Positions 1 through 10,593 of a stretch of 64,000 nt of DNA are shown in pieces (the stretch's first letter is position 1; each line of letters starts with the position of its first letter). The notes under the pieces are model-generated. The model did no database searches, was not told the DNA's origin, and was given only the letters and a program-made list of their open reading frames with translations. A program made the position numbers and the translations under genes. The stretch spans positions 64,001 to 128,000 of the forward strand of contig CAWHAA010000010.1 of the NCBI GenBank assembly GCA_963827275.1, read 5' to 3'. This DNA comes from an uncultured Spirochaetota bacterium (lineage in GTDB: Bacteria; Spirochaetota; UBA4802; UBA5550).

Positions 1-234
1 AGGATCGACCCGCCTGACGTTTTTGAAGGCGACATGTACTCCGCGAAAACGCTGCCGCGCGTACCCGCAACGCTGCGCGACGCGGTTGACGCCCTGGAGC
101 AGAGCGCCTTCGCGCGAGACGCCTTCGGCGCCGACGTGATCGGGCATTATTGCCATTTTTTCAGGACCGAGCAGCGGGGGTATGACCGTGCGGTCACGGA
201 CTGGGAGCGGGCGCGTTATTTCGAGCAGATCTGA
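1..234 (+). CDS. Glutamine synthetase-family (gamma-glutamyl ligase) protein, C-terminal end, partial
   Basis: Translation ends VPATLRDAVDALEQS...AFGADVIGHY...VTDWERARYFEQI, the typical C-terminus of GlnA/PuuA-like proteins. Confidence 0.85.
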   Translation, partial: RIDPPDVFEGDMYSAKTLPRVPATLRDAVDALEQSAFARDAFGADVIGHYCHFFRTEQRGYDRAVTDWERARYFEQI

Positions 235-256
235 GCCCGCCAGCCGGGCCGGCGGG

Positions 257-613
257 CTACTGTCTGGCGAGGGTGATATAGTAATTCAGCGCGTTCCTGT
301 CATCCGGGGAGAGTTCCATGAAATTTATCGCGACCCGGTACGACCGGTCGCCCTCATCTTCGACGCGGACGACCCTGCCCGCTCCCCTGAAAAAATCAAA
401 GGTGTTCGGCTTCATGAAGGTGACGCTGACTGTTTCGCCCGCGTCGAGCTTCCTCCCGGTGCTGACCAGCAGGCCGCTCCCGCTGACATTGACCGCCTTC
501 GATGTGCCGAGCTCGATAACTTCCCCGCCCGACGCACCGCCTTCCCTGACCAGCCTGACGTTGAACTCATCATTGACCCTGACATAGTCCCTCTTGCCAT
601 CGCCGTCAGTCAT
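257..613 (-). CDS. PilZ domain protein (c-di-GMP receptor)
   Basis: KRDYVRV (RxxxR) and NVSGSG (D/NxSxxG) PilZ motifs; RBS GGAGG upstream. Confidence 0.85.
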   Translation of the reverse strand: MTDGDGKRDYVRVNDEFNVRLVREGGASGGEVIELGTSKAVNVSGSGLLVSTGRKLDAGETVSVTFMKPNTFDFFRGAGRVVRVEDEGDRSYRVAINFMELSPDDRNALNYYITLARQ

Positions 614-1085
614 TGCGGACCTCCTGCTGGTTTCTGTAAACGGTAACCGGGAACCGCATCTCGCCCGCCTGCGTCTTCATGAATAACGTCCCCGCAAGCC
701 GGTAGCGAATGACGCCCGTATCCTTCATCGCGCCGGGGAGCGACATGCCGAGGGTAGCATAGGGCATTGAAACCGACGCGTCAACAGTTTTCAAGCCGGC
801 CGGCGGTATTTTTACTTCGTTGATGCGGACATTGATGGTCTTCCTGTCTTCTATATAAAAATAAAGGTCCATCCTGTCAATTATGACCTCTTTAGGATTG
901 GGATTTGATATGGCGATGGTCAGCCCGATCGTCATATCGGAAAGCGACAGGTCACGGATCTCCACCTTCTCAAGCGAGAACACGCATCGCTTCGCCAGCT
1001 TCCTCTGCTCAATAGCGTCGCAGCCGGCGACGCATGCAGCCATCAGCATGACTGCAAGCAGGCCTCCTGATGAAATTTTTTTCAT
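606..1085 (-). CDS. LEA type 2 / WHy domain lipoprotein
   Basis: Lipobox-like VAGC after a hydrophobic stretch; I-S-N-P-N motif typical of LEA_2; start taken at MKKISS. Confidence 0.75.
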   Translation of the reverse strand: MKKISSGGLLAVMLMAACVAGCDAIEQRKLAKRCVFSLEKVEIRDLSLSDMTIGLTIAISNPNPKEVIIDRMDLYFYIEDRKTINVRINEVKIPPAGLKTVDASVSMPYATLGMSLPGAMKDTGVIRYRLAGTLFMKTQAGEMRFPVTVYRNQQEVRND

Positions 1086-1173
1086 ATTATGATCCCCGGC
1101 ACGTGAATAATGGTTACCAGAAAAACCACGACCGCCTGACGACGCCATTTTGAATATTTAAAGGAGATATAAC

Positions 1174-1200
1174 AAAAACGGATGCCGTGGCATCCGTTTT
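1174..1200 (-). terminator. Intrinsic terminator (possibly bidirectional)
   Basis: AAAACGGATGCC-GT-GGCATCCGTTTT perfect inverted repeat with T-runs on both strands, 20 bp after the stop of 1220..1414. Confidence 0.75.
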
Positions 1201-1219
1201 GTCCGAGTAGTCATCAGGG

Positions 1220-1414
1220 CTATGCTTTCCTGTCGAGATTATACCCTTTCTTCGCCTCTTTAAAGCTTTTCATCATGCTTGACTGGGTCAAATCCGCTTT
1301 CAATAATTCATCTTTCGGCCTGATAATGTCCTGCGCTTTTTTTCTTACCATATCCGTCGGTTTATGAAGCGCAATGTTCTGGGTGACCTTGTTGGTGATG
1401 TTCGATGCCGCCAT
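1220..1414 (-). CDS. Small hypothetical protein (64 aa)
   Basis: Strong RBS GGGAGG 5 nt before ATG, own promoter-like site and terminator. Confidence 0.75.
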   Translation of the reverse strand: MAASNITNKVTQNIALHKPTDMVRKKAQDIIRPKDELLKADLTQSSMMKSFKEAKKGYNLDRKA

Positions 1415-1471
1415 ATATACCTCCCTTTATATAGCAAAACAACTACTGCCGGGATGCCCAATCCCGGTATT

Positions 1472-1500
1472 AATCTAACGATACGGGCAGTAATATTCAA
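1472..1500 (-). promoter_or_regulatory. Putative sigma70 promoter for the 64-aa gene
   Basis: Minus strand TTGAAT-17 bp-TAGATT. Confidence 0.5.
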
Positions 1501-1555
1501 GAAAAAAATCGTTGACCCTGAATAATTCTGCCTGCGTAGTCTACTGGAGACCAAT

Positions 1556-2899
1556 ATGAGCAGTTCGAGGATGCGCGTGTTAAAGACATTCCACATAGAG
1601 ACCTTCGGGTGCCAGATGAATAAAAATGACTCCGAGCTCATGGCATATTCACTCCGGGAGCACGGTTTCATGCCCTCAGAAGGCCCCGGCGACGCCGATA
1701 TAGCGGTCTTCAACACCTGTTCGGTCCGGGACCACGCGGAAAACAGGGTCATATCACGTATCCGCTCGCACCGCAAAACCATCCGTGACCGGGGCGGCAT
1801 CATCGTGGTGGCGGGATGCATGGCCCAGCGGATCGGCATGGAGCTGACCGCCGACGGCACCGCGGACATGGCGATCGGGCCCTACCAGTCGCCCGATATC
1901 GGCAGGCTGGTGGCCCTGCACCTGGCGGACCGCGGCCGCCGTCTCTTTCTCTCACAGGAGGAGGCCGACTTTTCCGACAGGATCAATCCGGGCCTTGCCC
2001 GTACCGACGGGTTCCCGGAATGGCACCGGTGGGTGACAATTACGCATGGGTGCGAAAACTACTGCTCCTACTGCATCGTGCCCTTCGTGCGCGGAAAGCT
2101 TATCTCCTTCCCCTCGGGACGGATCCTCGACTATATCCGTCTCCTCGCGGGAACCGGCGCCAGGGAGATCACCCTCCTCGGCCAGAACGTGAACCAGTAC
2201 GGGACGGACAGCGGCGACGTCCCGTTTTACAGGCTCCTCGAGTCGGCGGCCCTCGTCCCCGGCATCGAGCGGGTCAACTTCATCACGTCGCACCCGAAAG
2301 ACTTCACCGGGGACATTCTCCGCGTCATAGGCGACCACCCGAACATCTCGCGGTCAATACACCTCCCCCTGCAGAGCGGTTCAGACAGGATCCTCGCACG
2401 CATGAACCGGGGGTACACCATGAAGGACTACCTGGCCATCATCGACTCGATGGCGGCGCTCCTTCCCGACCATGCCGTATCGACGGACCTCATCGTCGGG
2501 TTCCCCGGCGAGAGCGGGGACGAGTTCAACGACACCCTGAAGGCAGTGGAAACGATACGGTTCGATGACGCTTTCACCTACGCCTACTCGCCCCGGGAAG
2601 GGACGCCCGCCTTCCCGCTCGCGGAGACGCTTTCGCGCGATGAAAAGATCGCCCGGCTCGAGCGTCTGATCGCCCTCCAGCGGGGCATCTCCCGCCAGAA
2701 GCTCCGCAACCGCATTGACCGCGAGGAGGAGACGATCATCGAGGGATTCAGCAAAAAATCCGCCGACAGCGTCATGGGACGCACGTACCTGAACCACAAC
2801 GTGGTGCTGCCCGGCTCGCGCGAGGACATCGGCAAAAAGATCAGGATAAAGATCAGCGGCGTTTCGGGCGCGACCCTGCGGGGGACGCGAATTGCGTAG
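1556..2899 (+). CDS. miaB: tRNA-2-methylthio-N6-dimethylallyladenosine synthase
   Basis: TFGCQMN UPF0004 domain, NTCSVR, radical SAM CENYCSYC, C-terminal TRAM domain. Confidence 0.95.
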   Translation: MSSSRMRVLKTFHIETFGCQMNKNDSELMAYSLREHGFMPSEGPGDADIAVFNTCSVRDHAENRVISRIRSHRKTIRDRGGIIVVAGCMAQRIGMELTADGTADMAIGPYQSPDIGRLVALHLADRGRRLFLSQEEADFSDRINPGLARTDGFPEWHRWVTITHGCENYCSYCIVPFVRGKLISFPSGRILDYIRLLAGTGAREITLLGQNVNQYGTDSGDVPFYRLLESAALVPGIERVNFITSHPKDFTGDILRVIGDHPNISRSIHLPLQSGSDRILARMNRGYTMKDYLAIIDSMAALLPDHAVSTDLIVGFPGESGDEFNDTLKAVETIRFDDAFTYAYSPREGTPAFPLAETLSRDEKIARLERLIALQRGISRQKLRNRIDREEETIIEGFSKKSADSVMGRTYLNHNVVLPGSREDIGKKIRIKISGVSGATLRGTRIA

Positions 2900-4040
2900 C
2901 GCCGCCATCATACCCCTGGCGCTCCTTCTCGCCGCCATCGCCGCCCCGGGCCCTGCCGCCGCTCCCGCTGCGGACGCCCGGAAGACCGAGCAGCAGTACC
3001 TGGGCGCGGTGCGCGAGCACGCGAAGCGGCGGGACGCGGACGCCGCGGGAAAAGAGGCCGCCGAATTCTTCAGGCACTATCCCGAAAGCCCCCTCATCCC
3101 CGACGTGCGCCTCGAGCTCGCGGAGGCGGAGGACTCTCCCGATGAGTCTATCGCCAGATACCGCGTCATTGTTGACAAGTACCGCTATTATAAAAAGCGT
3201 GATTACGCGCTGCTCCGCATATGCGAGATCGAGTATCTCCTTGCGCGGTGGAAAGAGCTGGTCAACGACGCCCGCGCCGGCATCGGCCTTGCCGCACCGG
3301 GCCGCGCGTCCGGGTTCCGGTTCTACCTCGTCATCTCCCTTGTCCAGCTCGGGGAGTACGAAACGGCGGAGAAGGAATGCAGGGCGCTCATCGACGCGGA
3401 CCATGACTACAACAACATGGCGCGGTCGCTCCTTATCCTCGCCCATATCCACCGGAACACCACCGGCCTGTCCCGCGAGTACATCGATACGATCCGCGAG
3501 CTGGCCGCCGGCTACGACAGGTCGGACGCGCTCCCCGCGACCCTCTACCTGCTGGGAGAGTTCTACGAAAGGAAGGGAATGTACAATGAAGCATTTTCCG
3601 CCTATTCCGACCTCTCCGGGAGGTTCCCCGGCTCGCCGGAGGCCGCCATGGCGCTAAAGCGCACCGGCGCCATCATGGAACACTCCCCGCGCCGCGTGCC
3701 GTACCTGCCGGACAGGAACATTCTTGAAAACGCGGAAACAATAGACATCCATCCGGAAGCCGACGTTCCCGATGAGACCGGGGACGGCTCGTTTTACTCG
3801 ATCGCCGTGGGGCCGTTCCCGACCGCAGCACGCGCGAACGGGATCAGGGCCCTGCTCAAAAATTTCGGCTTCATGAAAACTGTCCGGCTGAAAAACGGCT
3901 ACTCCCTGTACGTGGGCAGGGGCCCGGACGAAGGATCCGCGATGAAGGTGAAGATGCGGCTCGCGGAGGAATACGGCATAAACGGCCGCATCGTGCGCAT
4001 ATCCGGCGACGGGCAGCGCTCCTACATTTACGGGGAATGA
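2892..4040 (+). CDS. Secreted TPR protein with a C-terminal SPOR-like domain
   Basis: Signal peptide, TPR helices (YPESP, FPGSPEA), C-terminal YSIAVGPF...YSLYVG SPOR-like segment; TTG start overlaps the miaB stop. Confidence 0.7.
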   Translation: MRSAAIIPLALLLAAIAAPGPAAAPAADARKTEQQYLGAVREHAKRRDADAAGKEAAEFFRHYPESPLIPDVRLELAEAEDSPDESIARYRVIVDKYRYYKKRDYALLRICEIEYLLARWKELVNDARAGIGLAAPGRASGFRFYLVISLVQLGEYETAEKECRALIDADHDYNNMARSLLILAHIHRNTTGLSREYIDTIRELAAGYDRSDALPATLYLLGEFYERKGMYNEAFSAYSDLSGRFPGSPEAAMALKRTGAIMEHSPRRVPYLPDRNILENAETIDIHPEADVPDETGDGSFYSIAVGPFPTAARANGIRALLKNFGFMKTVRLKNGYSLYVGRGPDEGSAMKVKMRLAEEYGINGRIVRISGDGQRSYIYGE

Positions 4041-6621
4041 GCATGGACACGAAGATCACGCCGGCGATGAAGCAGTACCTGGACATGAAAAAGCAGTACC
4101 CCGAAGAGGTGCTCTTCTTCCGCATGGGTGATTTCTACGAGATGTTCTTCGAGGACGCGCATATCGCCTCGAAAATCCTGGATATCGCCCTCACCTCCCG
4201 CCAGAACGACATCCCCATGTGCGGTATCCCGTACCACGCGGCCGAAAGCTACATCGCCCGCCTGATCAGGGCCGGGAAGCGGGTGGCGATCTGCGAGCAG
4301 ATGGAGACGGCGCCCTCCACCGGGCCGGTCGTGCGGCGCGAGGTCGTCAGGATCATCACGCCGGGCACGGTCGTCGAGCAGAACCTGATCCAGTCGGACG
4401 AAAACAACTTCCTCGCCTCGGTCATCATCGACGCGAAGCAGATCGGGCTCGCCTTTGTCGACATCTCCACCGGCGACTTCTTCCTCTCGTCGATCGACAA
4501 ATCGCCCGAGGTCTTCCGCGGCGAGATCGTCAAGTTCAACCCGCGCGAGGCCGTTGTCTACGAGGGCGGTTCGCCCGACAGCGGCGCCTATTCCGAGTAC
4601 CTCCGGATGCGCGACATTCCCATCTACCGCATCAACGAATGGCTCTACGACGCCGAATTCATGACCGGCATCATTGCCGAGACCTTCGGGATCGCCGGCA
4701 CGAGGGGGCTGGGGATCACCTCGGACCTCGACATCATGACCGCCGGATCGATCCTCCAGTACCTGAAAGAGACGCACAAGAAGACCATCAGCCATCTCAA
4801 GTTCCCGCGCAAGGTCGTGTCCGGCGACATCATGACCCTTGACGACGCCACCATCTCGAACCTCGAAATCGTGAGGAACATCCAGGACGGGTCCAGGAGC
4901 CGCACCCTCTTTCAGGTGCTCGATTACACCGGCACCGCGATGGGCAGGCGCTCGCTCGAGCGCAACCTGCTCCAGCCCCTCCTCGACGCCGACGCGATCG
5001 AGAAGCGCCTCGACGCGGTGCAGTATTTCCATGAATTTCACGACCTGGCCCGGCAGGTGCTCGGCGTTCTGAAGGAGATACACGACATCGAGCGCCTCCT
5101 CTCCCGCTTCATCATCGGAAGGACCTTCCCGCGCAATTTCATCGCCCTCATGAATTCCATCCGGGCCGCCATGAAGGTGCGCGCCCTTCTCGCCGGGCAG
5201 CCGCATGACCGCATCCGGGAGCTCGCCGGCCGTATCCCCGACACGGCCGCCCTCGCCGACACGATCAGGGCCGCGGTGGAGGACGAGCCCGCCCTGTCGC
5301 CGGAGCACGGCAGGGTCATCCGCCAGGGCTTCAACGCGGAGCTGGACCGGATCTACGAGCTGAAGACAAACGCGAAAAACTGGATCATCGAGTACCAGGA
5401 GGAGGAGAAAAAAAAGCTCGGCATCTCCACCCTCAGGATACGCTACAACAAGATCCTCGGCTACTACATAGAAGTGAGCAAGGGCCAGGCGGCGGGGATA
5501 CCGGAATCGTATTACCGGAAGCAGACCCTGGTGGGGTCAGAGCGGTATACCACGGAGAAGCTCCAGAATTTCGAATCGGAGATACTTTCCGCCTCTGAAA
5601 CGATCGTGAAGATCGAGAACGGGGAGATCGACCGCCTGCTGAAAGCAGGTCCTTGCCGCACGGAATGACCTCCAGGCCATGGCCGAAACGATCGGCGAGG
5701 TGGATTTTTACTGTTCCCTGGCGTTTGCCGCAGTTGAAAACCGCTTCATCAGGCCCGCCTTCAATACCGAGAACAGGACGCATATAAGGGAAGGCCGTCA
5801 CCCGGTGGTGGAAAAATACTACACCCGCGAGGTGTTCATCCCCAACGACATCAACCTGGACGGCGACGAGAACATCATCAAGATCATCACCGGCCCCAAC
5901 ATGTCGGGAAAATCGACCTATATCAGGATGGCCGCGATCATACAGCTCATGGCCCAGGTCGGCTCGTTCGTGCCGGCCCGGGAGGCCGACCCTTTCCATC
6001 GCCGACCGCATCTTCACCAGGATCGGGGCTTCGGACAACATATCGCGCGGTGAATCGACCTTCCTGGTCGAGATGAACGAAACCGCGGGGATCCTGAATA
6101 ACGCGACCGCCCGGAGCCTCATCATCATGGACGAGATCGGCAGGGGCACCAGCACCTATGACGGGCTGTCGATCGCCTGGGCGGTGGTGGAATACATCGC
6201 GCGATATCTGAAGGCCAGGACCCTCTTCGCCACCCACTACCACGAGCTCACCCAGCTGGGCGGCAGGAAGGGGATCGTCAACTACACCGTGCTGGTCAAG
6301 GAGCGCCTGAACGGCGTCGACTTCCTTCACAAGGTGGTGCGCGGCGCTGCCGACAAATCCTACGGCATCCATGTGGCCAACCTCGCCGGCATCCCCAAGC
6401 CCATTATCAGCAAGGCGGAGCAGATACTGCAAAAGCTGGAAAAGGGCGGGAAAAGCATGAAAGCAACCGACCCTGACGATCCCGCCGGGTCAGAGCAGCT
6501 CGAGATATTCAATGCCTCAAACCACCTGGTCGTCCAGGCGATACGCAACATCGATTGCGACGCCATCACGCCCCTGGAGGCCCTGAACGAGCTGAACAGG
6601 CTGAAAAAGCTGATCGAATAG
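4037..6621 (+). CDS. mutS: DNA mismatch repair protein MutS (split by two +1 frameshifts near 5643 and 5990)
   Basis: [18 protein letters not shown], Walker [30 protein letters not shown] spread over three consecutive ORFs. Confidence 0.92.
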
Positions 6622-6792
6622 CGAGCATCGTTCCCGGAGCCGTGAACTTAATTCCCCGGCCGGGCATAAAAAGATAGAAATTACTTGATTTTTTGCCGAT
6701 TTAATGGTTAGTGCTACTTATGAGTTCAGACGCCGTACGGCGCCCGATAGCGTCGTACAGGAATTTAATTATCGCAATATCCAAGAGGAACA

Positions 6793-8011
6793 ATGGCTGA
6801 CACTCAGTTTAAAGTTGAGAATTACCTCGCGAATTCCTTTATCATTGTCGAAGGCAAGAAGGACGCAAATAATTTCTATATTATCCTGAAGGGAAAAGTC
6901 AAGGTCACGAAGGAAAACCCGGTCATAGCCTCTGAGCCCTATTCGGTGCTCGGCCCCGGGGACTTTTTCGGCGTTGTTTCCTGCATGAGCGGCCATACCA
7001 GGATCGAATCCGCCGTCGCGCTCGAAAACGTATCACTCATATCCGTTGACCGCGAAAAGTTCGGCCTCCTCATCCAGAAAAACCCCGGCGTCGCCATGAA
7101 GATCATCCGGTTCTTCAGCCGCCAGCTCAGGGAGTTCGACCAGGCGATCACCAACCTGACGTTCAAGAATGTTGCGTCGGAAGACCCCTCGCACCTCTTC
7201 AACATCGGCGAATACTATGTCAAAAAACGCATCTTCAACCACGCCACCTACGCGTTCCAGAAATATCTTCAGTACCGTCCCGACGGGCGATAACCGCGAC
7301 AGCGCGATACAGCGCCTCCAGTCCCTCAAGGCCCCGCTGAAATCGCCCTCGGTCCAGCAGGGAGGCATGAACCGCAGGTACAGGGACAACACGATGATCT
7401 TCTGCGAATACGAACCGGGCGAAGAGCTGTTCATCATACAGTCGGGCAAGGTCAAGATCACCAAAATCGTGAACGAGGAAGTGCTCCTGGCGGTCCTCAA
7501 GGCGGGCGACATCTTCGGCGAGATGGCAATCCTTGACAACAAGCCCCGGAGCGCCTCGGCCATAACCTTCGGCGACGTGGAGGTCATGGCGATCAACAAG
7601 TCAAACTTCGAGGGGATGGTGCAGTCCCAGCCGCAGCTTGCAACCCGGCTGATACAGCTCCTGAGCGAACGCATCTGGACCGCCTACCGCCAGCTCGAAA
7701 ACCTCATTATCCGCGACCCCATGGGCAGGATATACGACACGCTTCTTATCCAGATAGAAAAGCAAAAGATCAAGATCGACGCGAAGCAGTCGCACAATTT
7801 CGAATTCGGAACGAAGGAGCTCATCAACATGGTAGGTCTCACGCCTGAAAAGGGCGACATGTACGTGGTCCAGCTGCTGGAGGACAAGCATTTCCTCCTC
7901 GAGGAGGGAAAGATAATCTGCACCGACATCCTCGAGCTTGAGAAAACCGTACAATTTTACAGGAAGAAAACCGCCATGGAAAGGAAACGTGAAGCCAGCA
8001 AAAATATTTAA
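6793..8011 (+). CDS. Crp/Fnr-like protein with two cyclic-nucleotide-binding domains and a central TPR (frameshift near 7287)
   Basis: cNMP domain 1 (LGPGDFFGVVS), TPR (LFNIGEYY...AFQKYL), cNMP domain 2 (AGDIFGEMAILDNKPRSASA), C-terminal HTH-like region. Confidence 0.8.
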
Positions 8012-10046
8012 AGCCTCCGCCATTGTCGTTGCCTCGCTCCTGGCCCTGCTCTCCGCCGGCATCCTGCTCTTAGTAACGCTCTACCCCGCAGAGAACATAC
8101 GCAGCATGGTAACGGCGCAGGCGGAAAGCGCCCTCGGAAGAACGGTCTCGATCGGTGCTATCGGGTACGGCTTCGGCGGGGTCTCCCTCGACAGGGTCGT
8201 CCTCCACGAATCAGACGGATCATCGCCCGTCCTGGTCAGCGTGGAGAGGGCCGACGCGAGGCTCTCACTTTTTTCACTGCTCCGGCTTGAGCTGAATTTC
8301 AGCTCGATAGCATTGAAAAACCCGCGTTGCAACATAGTATTCAATGACAAAGAAGTATCGAACATTGAAACGCTTGTCAAAAGCCTCCCGAAATCCGGCG
8401 GCCCGGGCGTTTCCGCAACAATATCGAAGATCATCCTCGAGGACGCGGTCATAACCCTGACCAGCCCGCCGTCCTACCTCGCGCCCCTGGCGGGTACGTA
8501 CCATATTGATGCAACCGTCCTCATGAAGAAAGACATCCAGGTCAGGGAGTGCTCGGTCCGCCTGCCGGAAACGCGCGGCACCGTCCACCCGGAGCTTGCG
8601 ATACGCACCATGAAGGGGGATTTCGAGATCAGGGGCACTGCCAGGCTCGAAAACGCCGCCCTGCCATGGGTGTACCGGTGGGGCGACAACCTCACGCTCC
8701 CCTATAATGTCGTCAACGGCACGATCACCAACCTCGTCATCACGAAAAGCGCTGTCAGGGGAGATGTCAGCGCCACGTCAACCCTCCTCAACTCGCCGAA
8801 AATCATCCGCGCAGACGGGTTCTGCGAAGTCTCGATCAAGGACAGGACCGTTTTTATCGGAAAGACACGGGGCGGGATCGAAAAATCGTCCTTCTATATC
8901 GACGGTCTCCTCTTTACGTTTGACGGCGCGCTGATACGCTTTGACATAAGAAACATAGCGTCGCAGATCACCGATGTCACGCCGATCCTTGCATTCATGC
9001 CCGCATTGCTCTTCGGCAGGGTCGAGGGGGACCTCGCCTATGCGCGCGGGCTCTATAACGGCGCCCTTTCGCTCATTGATTGCGGATACGACCCCTCATC
9101 GAAGATCGTGACCGGCCTCCAGGCGAAAATAAGCGTGAAGAACAACATGTTCAAGGCGACCGGAATACCCTTTAACTTCTATGGAAACCGTTGCGCCCTT
9201 TCAATCGCATCAGTGGACTCTTCGCTTTCAAAATTATTTATCAACATAGGCGCGGAAAAAATCGTGATCCGGCCGGATACGGTCGCCTTTTCCGACGCCG
9301 GCGGTACAATCAAACTCCCTATTGAGATCACCGGCATTATCAACGCGGGCCAGCTCCTGTATGAATCCCACCGCCTGTCGGACATCCAGCTCCAGTACCG
9401 GCTCTCCGGCAGCAGCTTCGCCATCACCGGGTTCCAGTTCTTTTTCGCCGACGGCAAGGTGTCCGGCAGCGGCGCCATCACCACCGGCAAGGGCGCGCCG
9501 CAGGGCTCGCTTTCACTGAACATCTCAAACCTCCTCATGCAAAACGCCATCGCGTTCAATGAGAGGATACGGAACCGTTTTTTCGGCATGGTGAGCGGGA
9601 AAGCGGCCATAGACTTCGAGCTGAGCAGGAAGATACTGGATACCGCGCGCGGCAGCGTCGAGTTCACCGTGGACCGGGGCAAACTGGTGGATACGGGCAT
9701 ACAGGACGGCCTCGGGCTCCTCCTGTCGGAGCTGAAATACAAGCTCCGCGACCTCGAGTTCAACAAGATATACGGTAACATCGACATTCGGGGCACGAAC
9801 TACCTGATCAACTCATTTATATTCAATTCGAACAACGTCCGCCTGAAGATAACAGGGAACTTCAACAAGCAACTCCTGGCAAGCCCGCTGAATATCACCC
9901 TCGAATTCACGCGGGCATTCATACAGGACCTCCCGGGGGTCATAACGATCGGGTTGAACAAGTACCTGAAGGGGGACTGGTACATCATGCCATTTATACA
10001 GACCGGCGACATGATGAAAGGGAGCAACCTGCGCCGCGCCGACTGA
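7989..10046 (+). CDS. AsmA family (RBG lipid-transport-like) envelope protein
   Basis: N-terminal TM anchor then ALGRTVSIGAI AsmA N-terminal pattern, beta-rich repeats; GTG start at 7989. Confidence 0.75.
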   Translation: MKPAKIFKASAIVVASLLALLSAGILLLVTLYPAENIRSMVTAQAESALGRTVSIGAIGYGFGGVSLDRVVLHESDGSSPVLVSVERADARLSLFSLLRLELNFSSIALKNPRCNIVFNDKEVSNIETLVKSLPKSGGPGVSATISKIILEDAVITLTSPPSYLAPLAGTYHIDATVLMKKDIQVRECSVRLPETRGTVHPELAIRTMKGDFEIRGTARLENAALPWVYRWGDNLTLPYNVVNGTITNLVITKSAVRGDVSATSTLLNSPKIIRADGFCEVSIKDRTVFIGKTRGGIEKSSFYIDGLLFTFDGALIRFDIRNIASQITDVTPILAFMPALLFGRVEGDLAYARGLYNGALSLIDCGYDPSSKIVTGLQAKISVKNNMFKATGIPFNFYGNRCALSIASVDSSLSKLFINIGAEKIVIRPDTVAFSDAGGTIKLPIEITGIINAGQLLYESHRLSDIQLQYRLSGSSFAITGFQFFFADGKVSGSGAITTGKGAPQGSLSLNISNLLMQNAIAFNERIRNRFFGMVSGKAAIDFELSRKILDTARGSVEFTVDRGKLVDTGIQDGLGLLLSELKYKLRDLEFNKIYGNIDIRGTNYLINSFIFNSNNVRLKITGNFNKQLLASPLNITLEFTRAFIQDLPGVITIGLNKYLKGDWYIMPFIQTGDMMKGSNLRRAD

Positions 10047-10063
10047 CAGCCGCTGCGGAAGAA

Positions 10064-10588
10064 TCAATAGTTTTTTTCAGCGTACCCGAGCCAGCCGCCC
10101 GCCATGACCAGGCGCCGGTCGAAGTCGGATATCTCGAAGCCGATCCTCTCCTCTTCGCCGTTTACCCCGACAATGAACTGGCTCTTTTCGAAGTCCGTCT
10201 CGACATGGACCTCTTTGTTTTTGCCCATTGCAAAAATACGGTCAATCGTATCGGGATGCAGCTCTACGGCCATCATGCCGCCGTTGTACATGTTCTGCCT
10301 GAAGATCCTGGCGAAGCTCTCGGCGATCACCAGGTTGATACCGTTGACCTCGAGCGCCCAGGGGGCGTGCTCGCGGGACGAGCCGCACCCGAAATTCGCC
10401 CGCGTGATGATGATGTTCCTGCCGGGGATGTCGCGCAGGCGGTCGAAGCCTTCCAGCTTCAGCCCTTCGAGGAGGTACGGTCTCAGCGCGGACTTGGTGA
10501 TTTCCGTGAGGTAGTGCGCCGGTATGATCTCGTCCGTATTGATGTCGGCCCGGTCGAGAAGGAGGGCCCTGCCGTTGAAGTTCTTCAT
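10064..10588 (-). CDS. leuD: 3-isopropylmalate dehydratase small subunit
   Basis: DINTDEIIPA, NFGCGSSREHAPWAL, AESFARIF. Confidence 0.93.
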   Translation of the reverse strand: MKNFNGRALLLDRADINTDEIIPAHYLTEITKSALRPYLLEGLKLEGFDRLRDIPGRNIIITRANFGCGSSREHAPWALEVNGINLVIAESFARIFRQNMYNGGMMAVELHPDTIDRIFAMGKNKEVHVETDFEKSQFIVGVNGEEERIGFEISDFDRRLVMAGGWLGYAEKNY

Positions 10589-10593
10589 GTCCG

